From: Octopus sinensis
Lineage: Eukaryota
Direction of reading: 5' to 3'
Length of the DNA: 19,895 bases
NCBI RefSeq assembly: GCF_006345805.1
Contig: NW_021824368.1
Location: 1-19,895 of the forward strand
Shown here: positions 19,124 through 19,895 of the stretch, one piece after another
Numbering within the stretch: position 1 is the stretch's first letter
Layout of the letters: the number at the start of each line of letters is the position of its first letter
Notes under the pieces: generated by a model
The model's database searches: none
Seen by the model: the letters and a program-made list of their open reading frames with translations, nothing else
What the model was told of the DNA's origin: nothing
Made by a program: the position numbers and the translations under genes

Positions 19124-19526
19124 CATGTGTTGAGATGAATTCTTGGAGGTTTGAATAATTCACCTCTGGAAACATGGGTGCTTCGTTCATCATCCTTAAA
19201 CAAACCTAATTCAGTGACCCTTTGAATGGGATGGGCTACACGGCCTGAAGAAAATTCTTACTAGGCCCTACCTGCAAGTTCATGTGCTGTTTATCTTGAT
19301 ATGGGGCCACCACATCGCGCACTCCTGTCCTAGCTTGATTTCATTTAATTTGCTTTGCGGCGGCAACTGTTTTATCGAAAGCATATTTTGTTGTTGAATG
19401 CTCGAATTTTCTACAGGTTGGGTAACCTATCCCGCTCAAAGGGTCACTGAATTAGGTCACTGAACGAAGCACCCATGTTTCCAGAGGTGAATTATACAAA
19501 CCCCAAAGAATTCCTGCCAACACATG
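19124..19526. repeat. Inverted pair of ~125-135-bp repeat segments (MITE-like, or two opposed copies of one dispersed repeat)
   Basis: 19124-19257 versus 19404-19526 share ataattcacctctggaaacatgggtgcttcgttca and cctaattcagtgaccctttga in opposite orientation. Confidence 0.85.
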
Positions 19527-19723
19527 CATACACGAGCGCGCAGGTAACAAATAAAAATTACCTGCAAAGGAAACTGATAAATAAGTAAACAAATGCTTAT
19601 TATGTGAAGGGAATATTAAAAAAAAAAAAGTATATACAAGAAAGTTTTTTTTCCATTTTAAGTTAAGTGAATGGAAGGAAACCATAAAAACACACCTTTA
19701 AGACCCCGAACATGATAGCGATT

Positions 19724-19870
19724 CTTCTTCTTCTTCTTCTTCTTCTTCTTCTTCTTTTCTTTTCTGTTCCTTCTTCTTCTTCTTCTTCTTCTTCTTCCTT
19801 CTTTTCTTTTCTTCTTCTTCTTGTCTTCTCTTCTCTTTCTTCTCTCTTCCTTTCTTCTTCTTCTTTTCTT
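19724..19870. repeat. (CTT)n polypyrimidine microsatellite
   Basis: Direct inspection. Confidence 0.95.
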
Positions 19871-19895
19871 CTAATCTATCTCTAATCTCTAATCT

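Overview
This is a gene-poor, repeat-saturated eukaryotic window, most likely intronic or intergenic DNA of an octopus or another coleoid cephalopod. That assignment is an inference from the tRNA-headed SINE families and the extreme microsatellite density. No intact protein-coding gene is supported, and almost all listed ORFs are microsatellite or SINE artefacts. The window holds: (1) two decayed Penelope-like retroelements (PLEs, Neptune-like) on the minus strand. One at ~290-1660 is invisible in the ORF track and is split by a SINE with an 11-bp TSD. The other at ~14398-16169 (RT thumb, Cys linker, GIY-YIG) is paired with a ~660-bp inverted copy of its own 3' terminal repeat at 16312-16972. 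(2) Five minimal hammerhead ribozyme (HHR) motifs: one with a canonical core (8104-8146), two with a CCGACGA core in unrelated elements (3722-3759 at the apex of a 40-bp hairpin, and 10237-10271), and two identical UUGAUAA-core motifs in the inverted PLE repeats. (3) More than 20 copies or fragments of at least three tRNA-derived SINE families, including fixed-junction multimers, nested copies with TSDs and chimeric heads. (4) Two RTE-type LINE relics, a MITE, a near-perfect palindrome inside a (TA)n tract and many microsatellites. All structures were read by eye, and no ribozyme activity is demonstrated.
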